From Nemertoderma westbladi (taxonomy: Eukaryota; Animalia; Xenacoelomorpha), in the NCBI GenBank assembly GCA_032718475.1, contig JAUCBJ010007765.1, positions 29,754 to 93,753 of the forward strand: a DNA stretch of 64,000 nucleotides, in the 5' to 3' direction. The translations under genes were made by a program, and so were the position numbers. Numbering within the stretch: position 1 is the stretch's first letter; each line of letters opens with the position of its first letter. The notes under the pieces were generated by a model. That model had not been told where the DNA came from, searched no databases, and was given only the letters and a program-made list of their open reading frames with translations. This document shows, piece after piece, positions 36,116-45,321 of the stretch.

Positions 36116-39100
36116 TTATTTACTAGTATTAGGTGGAGATTTGTAGTCTCCAGACTCGTTACGAGTCTCTTCAAGAAGTACGAGACGTTGAGTCGGTCTG
36201 TCTACTGTACGACCGTCAATTGTTCGTACCGTCACAGTTCTTGTCACTCCATCCATAGATGGATGTGTGGCTAAAATGACACCTGTTATCCAGAAGCGTC
36301 TTTTCAGATTCACTTCTGCCAACAGCACGTGGTCTCCCGGCTTTAATGCGCGGGTGTTATTGTACCAGTTTGTTCTGGCAGAAATAGAGGGCAAATAATG
36401 GTTTTGCCATATTTCCCAGAATTTGTTAGCCAGTAGTTGCGTGATTTTCCACGCTTTTCTACCGTAGCTATCGCTTTCCATTGGAATGGAAAGCGGCGTC
36501 AAAGTCGTCGGTGCCTGCATTAGCAGGTGTGCCGGTGTCAAAGCAAACTGAGATTGTTTGTCATCGGGTACTAATACTATTGGTCTAGTATTTAGTATTG
36601 CCTCGATTTCAACAAACAATGTTGTCAGTTGGTCGTCTGTTAATATGTGGTTTACTGGAATGACCTTTGCCATTGCTGTCTTTATAGATCTAATCAGTCT
36701 CTCCCAGACTCCGCCTCTCCAAGGACTATCTGGAGGATTGAACTTCCAAACAATCTTGTGAGGTTGCAGTTCGTTCGAGATTTGATCATGATCTAATTTC
36801 TTAAAGGCTCTAGCAATCTCATTCCGAGCACCAACGAAGTTTGTCCCTTGGTCTGAGTACAAGCATTTTACTAGTCCGCGTCTAGCGATAAATCGCCGCA
36901 GTGCTAGTATAAACGCGTTGGTGGAAAGATCCATCACACGTTCAATGTGAACTGCCCTACTGGACATACATGTGAAAATCAGTCCCCAGCGTTTTACTAG
37001 TATACGTCCACGTTTAGTATGTATGGGACCAAAGCAATCAATTCCAGTCTCTGTAAAAGGTGGTCTGAATGCTTGAAGTCGTGCTTGTGGTAGTTCACTC
37101 ATTTCTTGGGTACCTATTCTAGAATGTACCTTTTTACAAATAATACACGTACGTGTCACTGAACTTAATGCTTTACTGGGTCTAATTAATACAAATCTAG
37201 TACGTAAGTAGGAAAGACAGTGGTGTCTTCCAGCGTGTTTCAGATGTAGATGTGCGTCCAGTATCATTGCACGTTGTAGTTCGTGATGTTGCGGTATTAT
37301 TATTGGGTACCTAAAGTTCGTGTTAAAGTCAATGTTTTGAAGCCGAGATTTATGACAAATTAAGCCATTATAAATAATCGGACTCCAACTCAGTATCGGT
37401 GACGACTTGATTGGTTGACCTTGATTTATAGATGTGAATTCGCGCGCGAAATATCGCAGTTGGTAATGGCGAATTAATTTAATCTCACACCTGTCAATCT
37501 CAGCCAATGTAAGTCGACGTGTGAAGTCACGTTTGCCTTTAACGTATTGTACAAAACGTACAATCCACGCTAATTTTCGGCAAGCGTTTGACCAAGAATC
37601 TGTTAGGTTTACAATACGGTCGACATAAGTATTTGTGACGTCATCAGGTAAGTCAATGGAGAACTTGGAAGGTTTCGAATTACTAGAAGGGCCCACGGGT
37701 CCGCCGGTAAGTATTCCCTTGTTGACTGTTGATCCGTCCGGGTCTACAAGTAATTTGTCCTTCTTTGTCTTCTTACCTTGATTGTCGGTACTTTGTAAGT
37801 CGATCGTTAATGGTGGTTTGAACTCTATGGGGTCAGCAGGTTTCGGTAAACTTATTTTTCTGCCGACATTAATCCCAGGTCTCACCACAGGTTGTAAGTT
37901 CGGTATGTCTCTTGAGCGCAAAGTAACACCTGTATTTACATTAGCGTAGGTACTACCCACATCTGCAATACATGAGGTTTCACCATGCTTATGGTTGTCC
38001 AAGTGTGTCAAAATTGGTAGTTTGTCAATACAAGGCCGCTCCAATAGGGAAACTGCGGCTTTATTGTTAGTCAATACATTACTAGTGTCTAGTCGACTGT
38101 CTAGTAGTGTGTCTGGCGATACGTCTGGTAACGTATCTGGTTGTTTGTCAATAGAAGGCCGCTCCAATAGGGAAACTGCGGCTTTACTGTTTGTCAGTGC
38201 GTTACTAACGTCTGGTGGAACATTTTGTGATATGTCTGGCAAAATGTCTGGTTGACTGTCTAGTAACGTGTCTGGTTGACCGTCTGGCGATATGTCTGGT
38301 CGACCGTCTGGCGATATGTCTGGTGTAGAAAGGCTCGCAAGTCTTCCTCTCTTGACCTTTGAAGTTATATCCTTCCATTTCGCCTTCGGTTTTTTCTTGA
38401 GTTTCGCCGCTGTCGTCCTTTTCTTTGTCTTCCCCTTTTTTGGTTTCTTGATTTCGGCGTCCTTAGGAATGGTGTTGGATTTGTTGTCGTATAACGGAGG
38501 CCAATCTTGTGTCGATTTCTGCAAGAACTGGGGTCCGTGTTGCCAAAACTCTTTGTTCTCCGGTTTACAGAATTCCTCAGGCATCATTCCTCGCGACGCA
38601 ATATCAGCTGGGTTTTGTGGTCCTGGACAATGTCGCCAATCTTCTTTTATCGAACGGTCTAGAATTTCCGCGCGACGGTTAGCTACGAATGTCTTGAATT
38701 CGAGAGTGTCGTTGTTTATGTAAAATAAAACTAACGTCGCGTCAGTCCAATAAAATATCTGTAAACTCGACTGTAGTTCTGTCTGTATGAGGTTCACGAT
38801 GGTGGTTGACAGGGTCGCGGCTTGTAGCTCGGCTCGTGGTGTCGTCATGTACTTAGTAGGCATGGTCTTAGCCTTGGAAGTAATGAGCGAAACATCGAAC
38901 TCGTCTGATTCTACTTGTCTGCGCAAATACGCTGCCACACCAAACCCGTTGTCACTGGCGTCAGAAAAACAGTGTAGTTCCAAGTTGTCAGGAAATGTAC
39001 TCTGTAATGGAAAGTAAACCCTGGGTATGGAATAATCCTCTAACGAAGACAATTCCGCCTCCCAGGTCTTCCATAAGTCCACTTGATCTGATGAGATCGG

Positions 39101-42100
39101 CTCGTCCCACGTTAGTCCATCCTTCCAGATACTGCGCATATAAATGCGAGCTTGCAGTATTACTGGACTGATGAATCCTAACGGGTCGAACAATCGGCTC
39201 AACTTTGACAAGCATGATCTCTTGGTCAGTGTGTCTCCTTGACTGTCCAGTCTCACCTTCACTCGAAAGTTGTCTGTGTTTGGGTCCCAAAAGAGCCCCA
39301 ACACCTTAGTCGTCGGTAGTGGTTCGAACTCTAGGTCTATATCACCACCTCCACGCTCAGTAGTTCCGAATGAGTCAACTAATTCGGCACTGTTTGAGGC
39401 GAATTTGGTGAGGTTAAAACCTCCGCCCGCCAAGCAGTCCCGTAATTGATGTGCTACTGTTGTAGCACGTTCTACTGTGTCGCAACTCTGTAATCCGTCG
39501 TCAACGTAAAAGTCACGTTCTACAATTCTAACTATCTCTGGGTCATACAGATGTTTCTGATCTCTAGCGGCTTGCTTCAAGGCGTACATCGTACAATTCG
39601 GGCTGTCTCTGGCACCGAAAACGCGAACTTGCATTTGGTAAGTCGCTGGTGGTAGACTTAAGTCCCCTTCCGGATACCAGAGAAACCGCAAACTGTCTCT
39701 GTCTCGCTCTAACGCTTTCACTTGGTGAAACATCGCTTCTACGTCGCAAGTAAAGGCTACTTGACGCTGACGGAAGCGCATAATCACCCCCATAAGATAG
39801 TTATTCATGTTCGGTCCATCCATCAATTCACTATTGAGGGACATTCCCTCAAACAGAGCCGCACAGTCATTGACTACGCGTACTTTATCTGGTTTGTCGG
39901 GATGTCTCACATAGTGATGTGGCAAGTAGTACGTCTGGTCTGTCACTCGCTCCGGGTTAGTCATTCGGATAGCGTATCCCTTCGTCAAATACGTCTCCAT
40001 CTGAGTGTTATACTGCAGATGGGCTTTCTCGTCCTTTAATAGACGTTGTCGGATTGAGTGTAGACGTCTTAAAGCCAGTGGGTAGTTATTTATAAGTTTA
40101 GGACTTTGGCTACGCCATAACATACCCACCTCGTAATGTCCGTCCTCCGTCTGTCGGATAGTATCCTCCATGATCTTTAGAGATTGTTTCTCCTGTTCCG
40201 ACATACAAGGGTCGTAGCTACCAGGTTCAGCTGTATCTTGTTCTAACCACCTGATAGTCTTCTCCGTTAATTCTTTGTCCAAGGCGGCTTGTTCCAACTG
40301 ATGAGTTTTCAACGCGTCATCGTCGATATCGACGGGCACTGTTGAGGTTATTGGGGTAGGTAGACTCGCAAGCCTATCATCTGTCGTCGATGGAATCTCT
40401 AGCTGACTCATCTTCTCCCCAATTTCTAAACTCACCTTGTGGGTTAGCTGCTCCTTGTGACTTATCATACTAGTTACACGTCTGTCATGTTTTGTCAACT
40501 GTAGCGTAGTATGGTTCACGTCGTGTGAAAAGGAATGAATTGAGTTTGTAGTCAATAAACTACATGTACTCTGTACGTCGTCTTCCTCGTCACTTACGTC
40601 CAGTGTGCGCACAGGCGCTCGAGTATACCACCCTATCGGCGTTCTGCAGGCGTATGCGTTTCCTGCTACAACTGCCGATGGTCTGGTTTCCCACACCTGA
40701 TGTAGGTTGAATTGGTCCGTCCTGATCAGCATTGCTACCGATCTATAATTGACGGGACATTCGGGTACACCAAGGTGTCTGAAATACTTACGGTCCTCCA
40801 GAGATTGTTCCGGCACTGGACCTAGTAGGTTACTAAAGTCCTTCGTGGCCGCAAAGGTTAGATCTCTAAAGGGCAACAAAGACCTCTCCCTCTCGCTGTG
40901 TTGCGATTTTGGAAGAAGAGAGTCTAAGTCCAACTTAACTCGTGTCACTGGTATTGCACGCTGGCCGTGCATACTACTTACTGTATAACTGACGTGTTTA
41001 CCTTGTCTGAGATCCGTTACGACGTCAGCGATCTTTTCATCCACGTAACTGTGAGATGAGGCTGAATCTAGAATCGCGTAGATCCTCTTACTCCCCTTTG
41101 TGCCAGTAACTTTAATCGGGATTACACTAAATCCCTTCAGTTGGTCAGTGGTCAGGAGCGCGATTGACGGTTGTTCGTCTCCATTAGAATATTCGTCGTC
41201 GTCTGATTCTTCGTCCGACGATCCGGATTGTTCCGAAAAGCAATCCTCTATATGGGTCACGAAAGTCGGAGTCGTTTTCGATTCCCGTTTTCGGTAAGCC
41301 GCATCACATCTCGCTGCTGCTTCCGGGTGTTCCCTGGCGAAGCGTTTCGTCGGCGTGTGGCTGTCTGTGTGGAGCAGACCGTCGTGGTTGCGTCCACAGG
41401 ATGGACAAGTGTCGGTATTCGGGCAATCCTTGCGGACGTGTCCGTGTTGCGTACACCGCCAACAAGAGTCCAGTGGCCGTATCTGCAGCCGTCGTTCTTC
41501 TGAGTTCAACTCGCGAAATTGTCGACAACCCCGTAACTTGTGACCAATATACCGCTTACCTAAATGTTCGCAGTATTGGCAGCCGTTGAAGTCGGCGCTG
41601 AGTTGCTGTCTCGTCTGTTTTGTCCCAATGGGCGCAGATACTCTATTACCGTCTGAGAATTGTCGTGATTCCGTCGGTGTGGCGTAAGTGGCCGTCTTTG
41701 TGGATGTTGTCTGGGGTTTTTGTCGGTTTGAAGAGGATGGCAGTGTGATCCCTTCTGCCACGATGTGCTGGTCGGTATAGTTAGATCGAGTCTCTACTAC
41801 CGCCTCCCTGGATATTAAAAGGTACACATCTTCTAATTTTAGGAATCCTCCTCGCTCCTCTCGCTGATATTCGACCTTCCTCCACTCCCGACGAAGTCGA
41901 TGGTGGAGTCGTCCTATTATCTTTAATAGGACTGTAGGCGTATTCCCGTAATCAAGTTGTCCAATTGATCTTAAGGTAGTGATAGCGTTCTTAATCTCGT
42001 CGGCCAGTTTTAGTAAGTCGACAGGTTTAGTGATAGCCCCTCCCTTACAGAGTTCTTCTATTACTGACCTGGCCATACTCACTGTACCTCCGTATATCGA

Positions 42101-42712
42101 AGTCAAACGATCGTACGCTAGTTCGAAAGCGTCTGGTACACCGACGAAAGTCTCCGCCAAACGTTTAGGTTCTCCTGACAACGTTTGGAGCAAGTAATTG
42201 AACTTCTCTCGTGATGTAAAGGCGCACACGGCGATCTGGGATTCGATATAGTCTACGAAGGTATGCCAGTGTTTTGAGCTACCGGAGAACTTCGGTGGTT
42301 GTTGTACCGGCAATCCCTGTCTGGCTGCGAATTTCGCTATCTCCTCGGCAACGTTCAGAGTTTCGCGTCCTTGGTTGGTAACCTGGTTGATGTTCTCCCT
42401 TCTAGGCGCTTTTCCCTGATACGATGTGGGGTTTGAAGGTACCGGTCTTTGTGGTCCCTTCGGGTGTCTATTGTGTTCGAATTCGGAATTTCTCGAACTG
42501 TCGGTGTAACCTTCCTCCAGACGTTCCTCGATCTGAGCCAACTTATTGACAACTGGTCGCAGAATGTCGGCGAACTGTTGTGTACTAATTGCGTCCGTTG
42601 GTTGTAACGCCTTCTGTGTTGGTGTATTCTGTGGAGGATTGTCTGCAAAGGAGTTGTCTGAACTGGCCTTGTAGGTCGAAACGTCATTGGGTAAGCGTAA
42701 TGTGTAACGGGT
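36116..42712 (-). CDS. pol: BEL/Pao Gag C-terminal part and Pol polyprotein
   Basis: frame open from 42712; PPKFSG..EKFNYLLQTLSGEP (DUF1759), CQYC/CWRC..H..C/CPSC..H..LLH, ILDSAS protease, DVEAMFHQV and FYVDD RT, HCFSDAS RNase H, H..H..CIIC, IDCFGP, SDQGTNF and GVWERL integrase. Confidence 0.95.
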   Translation of the reverse strand, partial: TRYTLRLPNDVSTYKASSDNSFADNPPQNTPTQKALQPTDAISTQQFADILRPVVNKLAQIEERLEEGYTDSSRNSEFEHNRHPKGPQRPVPSNPTSYQGKAPRRENINQVTNQGRETLNVAEEIAKFAARQGLPVQQPPKFSGSSKHWHTFVDYIESQIAVCAFTSREKFNYLLQTLSGEPKRLAETFVGVPDAFELAYDRLTSIYGGTVSMARSVIEELCKGGAITKPVDLLKLADEIKNAITTLRSIGQLDYGNTPTVLLKIIGRLHHRLRREWRKVEYQREERGGFLKLEDVYLLISREAVVETRSNYTDQHIVAEGITLPSSSNRQKPQTTSTKTATYATPTESRQFSDGNRVSAPIGTKQTRQQLSADFNGCQYCEHLGKRYIGHKLRGCRQFRELNSEERRLQIRPLDSCWRCTQHGHVRKDCPNTDTCPSCGRNHDGLLHTDSHTPTKRFAREHPEAAARCDAAYRKRESKTTPTFVTHIEDCFSEQSGSSDEESDDDEYSNGDEQPSIALLTTDQLKGFSVIPIKVTGTKGSKRIYAILDSASSHSYVDEKIADVVTDLRQGKHVSYTVSSMHGQRAIPVTRVKLDLDSLLPKSQHSERERSLLPFRDLTFAATKDFSNLLGPVPEQSLEDRKYFRHLGVPECPVNYRSVAMLIRTDQFNLHQVWETRPSAVVAGNAYACRTPIGWYTRAPVRTLDVSDEEDDVQSTCSLLTTNSIHSFSHDVNHTTLQLTKHDRRVTSMISHKEQLTHKVSLEIGEKMSQLEIPSTTDDRLASLPTPITSTVPVDIDDDALKTHQLEQAALDKELTEKTIRWLEQDTAEPGSYDPCMSEQEKQSLKIMEDTIRQTEDGHYEVGMLWRSQSPKLINNYPLALRRLHSIRQRLLKDEKAHLQYNTQMETYLTKGYAIRMTNPERVTDQTYYLPHHYVRHPDKPDKVRVVNDCAALFEGMSLNSELMDGPNMNNYLMGVIMRFRQRQVAFTCDVEAMFHQVKALERDRDSLRFLWYPEGDLSLPPATYQMQVRVFGARDSPNCTMYALKQAARDQKHLYDPEIVRIVERDFYVDDGLQSCDTVERATTVAHQLRDCLAGGGFNLTKFASNSAELVDSFGTTERGGGDIDLEFEPLPTTKVLGLFWDPNTDNFRVKVRLDSQGDTLTKRSCLSKLSRLFDPLGFISPVILQARIYMRSIWKDGLTWDEPISSDQVDLWKTWEAELSSLEDYSIPRVYFPLQSTFPDNLELHCFSDASDNGFGVAAYLRRQVESDEFDVSLITSKAKTMPTKYMTTPRAELQAATLSTTIVNLIQTELQSSLQIFYWTDATLVLFYINNDTLEFKTFVANRRAEILDRSIKEDWRHCPGPQNPADIASRGMMPEEFCKPENKEFWQHGPQFLQKSTQDWPPLYDNKSNTIPKDAEIKKPKKGKTKKRTTAAKLKKKPKAKWKDITSKVKRGRLASLSTPDISPDGRPDISPDGQPDTLLDSQPDILPDISQNVPPDVSNALTNSKAAVSLLERPSIDKQPDTLPDVSPDTLLDSRLDTSNVLTNNKAAVSLLERPCIDKLPILTHLDNHKHGETSCIADVGSTYANVNTGVTLRSRDIPNLQPVVRPGINVGRKISLPKPADPIEFKPPLTIDLQSTDNQGKKTKKDKLLVDPDGSTVNKGILTGGPVGPSSNSKPSKFSIDLPDDVTNTYVDRIVNLTDSWSNACRKLAWIVRFVQYVKGKRDFTRRLTLAEIDRCEIKLIRHYQLRYFAREFTSINQGQPIKSSPILSWSPIIYNGLICHKSRLQNIDFNTNFRYPIIIPQHHELQRAMILDAHLHLKHAGRHHCLSYLRTRFVLIRPSKALSSVTRTCIICKKVHSRIGTQEMSELPQARLQAFRPPFTETGIDCFGPIHTKRGRILVKRWGLIFTCMSSRAVHIERVMDLSTNAFILALRRFIARRGLVKCLYSDQGTNFVGARNEIARAFKKLDHDQISNELQPHKIVWKFNPPDSPWRGGVWERLIRSIKTAMAKVIPVNHILTDDQLTTLFVEIEAILNTRPIVLVPDDKQSQFALTPAHLLMQAPTTLTPLSIPMESDSYGRKAWKITQLLANKFWEIWQNHYLPSISARTNWYNNTRALKPGDHVLLAEVNLKRRFWITGVILATHPSMDGVTRTVTVRTIDGRTVDRPTQRLVLLEETRNESGDYKSPPNTSK

Positions 42713-44511
42713 TTAGGCGTCAAAGGTGGACTCACCTGTTTTGTCGTCAGTAGCGCAGGTCCGGTCAATAAACTACTACGATCTGTAATCGGTGGGTTAC
42801 TTACCTTGACTCTCGGAATAGGCGACGACGTTGCTCTTGGCGGTATAAACTCGTTCGGAATAACAAACCTGTGTTCCGTCGCACCATGGATAGGAGAAAT
42901 ATCACTACTACCCGCAATCGAAACAGGTTCCTTAGTCGTAACCGGTGCAAACATATGAGTTACCTGTGGGAATCGTTGACACACGTCTTTTACTAATTGT
43001 CGTTCCCGTCCGGGTGCTCCTACGCTTCCTTCCTTCTTCCGTTCCTGAATTTGGCGATGTCTTACCTCTAACTGGTCCAAATCATGTCCGTCGCGAGATC
43101 TCATCGATCTATCGCGGGCTAGAAGATCCAGATTTTCCTTAGTTTCGGCTAATTCTCTCGCCCTCTTCTCAAGTTCGAAACGAAGTTTAACCTCCTTTTC
43201 TCGTTGTTCCGTTTGTTGTTGTTGCGCCTCGAACTCTGCTTGTCGTATCGCTTGTTGGGCTTTTATTTGCCGTGTCTTCATCTCGACTCTGGCTTCCGAA
43301 ACTACTCTTTGTCGCTCTAACTCTGCCGCAGCCGTTTGTCGCTCTAACTCTGCCGCAGCCGTTTGTCGCTCTAACTCGGCCGCTGCCGTTTGTCGCTCTA
43401 ACTCGGCCGCTGCCGTTTGTCGCTCTAACTCGGCCGCTGCAGCTGCCGTTTGTCGCTCTAACTCGGCTGTTGCCGTTCGTTGCGCTAACTCGGCCGTTGC
43501 CGCTTGTTGGGCAATGTCCAACTCTAACCTTTCCATTTCGGCCGCTTCGAGTTCGGCTTGTTCCTGCAGATGAGAGATTCTCGCTACATTTGCAACACGT
43601 ATTTTCTCTTCCTCTACTGCTGTTTGTATCATTAGAAGTTGAGCTTGTTCTTCTATCTCGTGTTGCTGTCTGTAGAACTGCTGCTGTTGTCGAGCAACTT
43701 CTGACGTGACTATACTTCCTTCGCAGATTTCGCTACGAATACTTACCAATGATTGATTTAGTATTCCCGGTGCCGATTCGATTTGTGTGAATGAAGTTTC
43801 CCTCGTGTATTCCGGCTCGGTTTCCAAATCGCCGACGTCTTCGCCGCACATGCGTAAGTGGTCCGTCAGATGTTTCAATTGTCCATCCAGTCGGTACAAT
43901 TCCTGTTCTTCCTCGGGTTGTAATAATTCGTCCGAAACTGACTCACCTAACAACTGGTCCGCTTGTTCCTGTTGTATCTGTCTAATCGTCGACTTAAACT
44001 GAATCAGTTTCTCTCTAGTGATCATTAGTTTCTCGAGGATTCTAAGTTGAGTATCCATGTCCTGTCTCTGTCTAGCTAGATCTTGTAGGCCAACTAGATT
44101 ATCTACGGACTTATATACTTTACTCTGTACTCTAACCTGGAGGGTGTAGAACTCGAATCGAGACATCGGAGCGGTCAACCCGTCTAATATGCGTTGGCCT
44201 TCTCCAATACTCCTGGTTATATGCGCCATGTAACCTCCGACGCTTCTAACCACACTTTCCTGGCTTCCTGCTGAACTTACCATGTCCGTTTCCCTGTATC
44301 TAGGTTGCGGAACAGTTAGAAAGTCCTCGGTCCTGCCGTCGCCTCGTACTACGGCATCCGGTACTCCCGTTGGATGTACTGGTGACGCACACGGTGTAGG
44401 TTCGGTAGGCTTGCGAGTCTTCCTCTGTTGTTCTTCCGCTGCTGACTTATCTCCGTCACACGAGTCATAGTCGGTTTGTGTATTCTTCGTATAGTCTTGT
44501 TTGTCACTCAT
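42355..44511 (-). CDS. gag: BEL/Pao Gag N-terminal region (coiled coil)
   Basis: ATG start, 718 codons, E/Q/R-rich coiled coil; overlaps the pol frame by 358 nt in a -1 relationship. Confidence 0.85.
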   Translation of the reverse strand: MSDKQDYTKNTQTDYDSCDGDKSAAEEQQRKTRKPTEPTPCASPVHPTGVPDAVVRGDGRTEDFLTVPQPRYRETDMVSSAGSQESVVRSVGGYMAHITRSIGEGQRILDGLTAPMSRFEFYTLQVRVQSKVYKSVDNLVGLQDLARQRQDMDTQLRILEKLMITREKLIQFKSTIRQIQQEQADQLLGESVSDELLQPEEEQELYRLDGQLKHLTDHLRMCGEDVGDLETEPEYTRETSFTQIESAPGILNQSLVSIRSEICEGSIVTSEVARQQQQFYRQQHEIEEQAQLLMIQTAVEEEKIRVANVARISHLQEQAELEAAEMERLELDIAQQAATAELAQRTATAELERQTAAAAAELERQTAAAELERQTAAAELERQTAAAELERQTAAAELERQRVVSEARVEMKTRQIKAQQAIRQAEFEAQQQQTEQREKEVKLRFELEKRARELAETKENLDLLARDRSMRSRDGHDLDQLEVRHRQIQERKKEGSVGAPGRERQLVKDVCQRFPQVTHMFAPVTTKEPVSIAGSSDISPIHGATEHRFVIPNEFIPPRATSSPIPRVKVSNPPITDRSSLLTGPALLTTKQVSPPLTPKPVTHYAYPMTFRPTRPVQTTPLQTILHRIHQHRRRYNQRTQLVHNSSPTFCDQLSISWLRSRNVWRKVTPTVREIPNSNTIDTRRDHKDRYLQTPHRIREKRLEGRTSTRLPTKDAKL
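43308..43505 (-). repeat. 27-bp coding tandem repeat (AAAELERQT)n in gag
   Basis: gccgtttgtcgctctaactc(t/g)gccgc(a/t) repeated ~6-7 times. Confidence 0.9.
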
Positions 44512-44593
44512 TTCGGTAGTTGTAAGTCAAGTGAAGTGAGTGTCAAAGTATCGAGTTTACCGTATTTGTATAAGACGGTACTAATTACAGTCA

Positions 44594-44718
44594 TATAAAA
44601 TTAGCCTACCGGCCGATTTTATAGCAGATGGATAAAATTAGCCTAAACGGCCAATTTTACAACAAATTAATGTCACGGAGTAAGTATATAATAAAATTAG
44701 CCTAGCGGCCAATTTTAT
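44594..44718 (-). other. three repeated hairpins in the 5' leader
   Basis: ATAAAAT(T/C)GGCC-loop-GGCTAATTTTAT x3, with G-U pairs only on the element strand. Confidence 0.7.
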
Positions 44719-45321
44719 AACAAATAAATCGGATAACGATATGCGTTATCAAAAGGTAAATTAAATACAATAATACGGACTAATTCAGCAATGAACAAAG
44801 AAATCATACGGAATGCATAAATACTTGAGACAGTGGAACCCACAATAATTTTAACTAATACGGTAATGCCTAACTTATTTATGCAACTTTTCGAACTCAC
44901 CCACTCCAATAATTCTCCAGAAAAACAGATTCCCAGATACAAACCGGACGTGAACCTTTCCGTTTTTAACGTTGCGGACGAAACGCGATTTTCCCAACCA
45001 AAGTTGTTGAGTTATCTATCTCCCAAACTTGATAAACACGGTCTTGCTCCCGTTACAGTCTAGAAAATGAGTTCTGAATCCTGAAAAACAAAAGAGTTAG
45101 GTTTTACTTTACGAAAAATTTTGTACCGGTACAATATGGTATTTAAACCCTTTTAAACACCGGTATTCAATTCCAAAAATATTTTACACGCGGTTCAAAT
45201 CAAATTTTATTTCAAAAAATTAGCACTTAGCTAATCAAAATACAAAATTTTACCTCAAAATACAAAATTTTCAAATAACTTTAGTCCTACCGAACCGTAG
45301 TTCAGTAAAACATATTCCTAC

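Noticed and set aside
42410-42416. GGGAAAA slippery heptamer for gag-pol frameshifting
   Set aside because: It is phased in the pol frame, not the gag frame, so it cannot drive the required -1 shift
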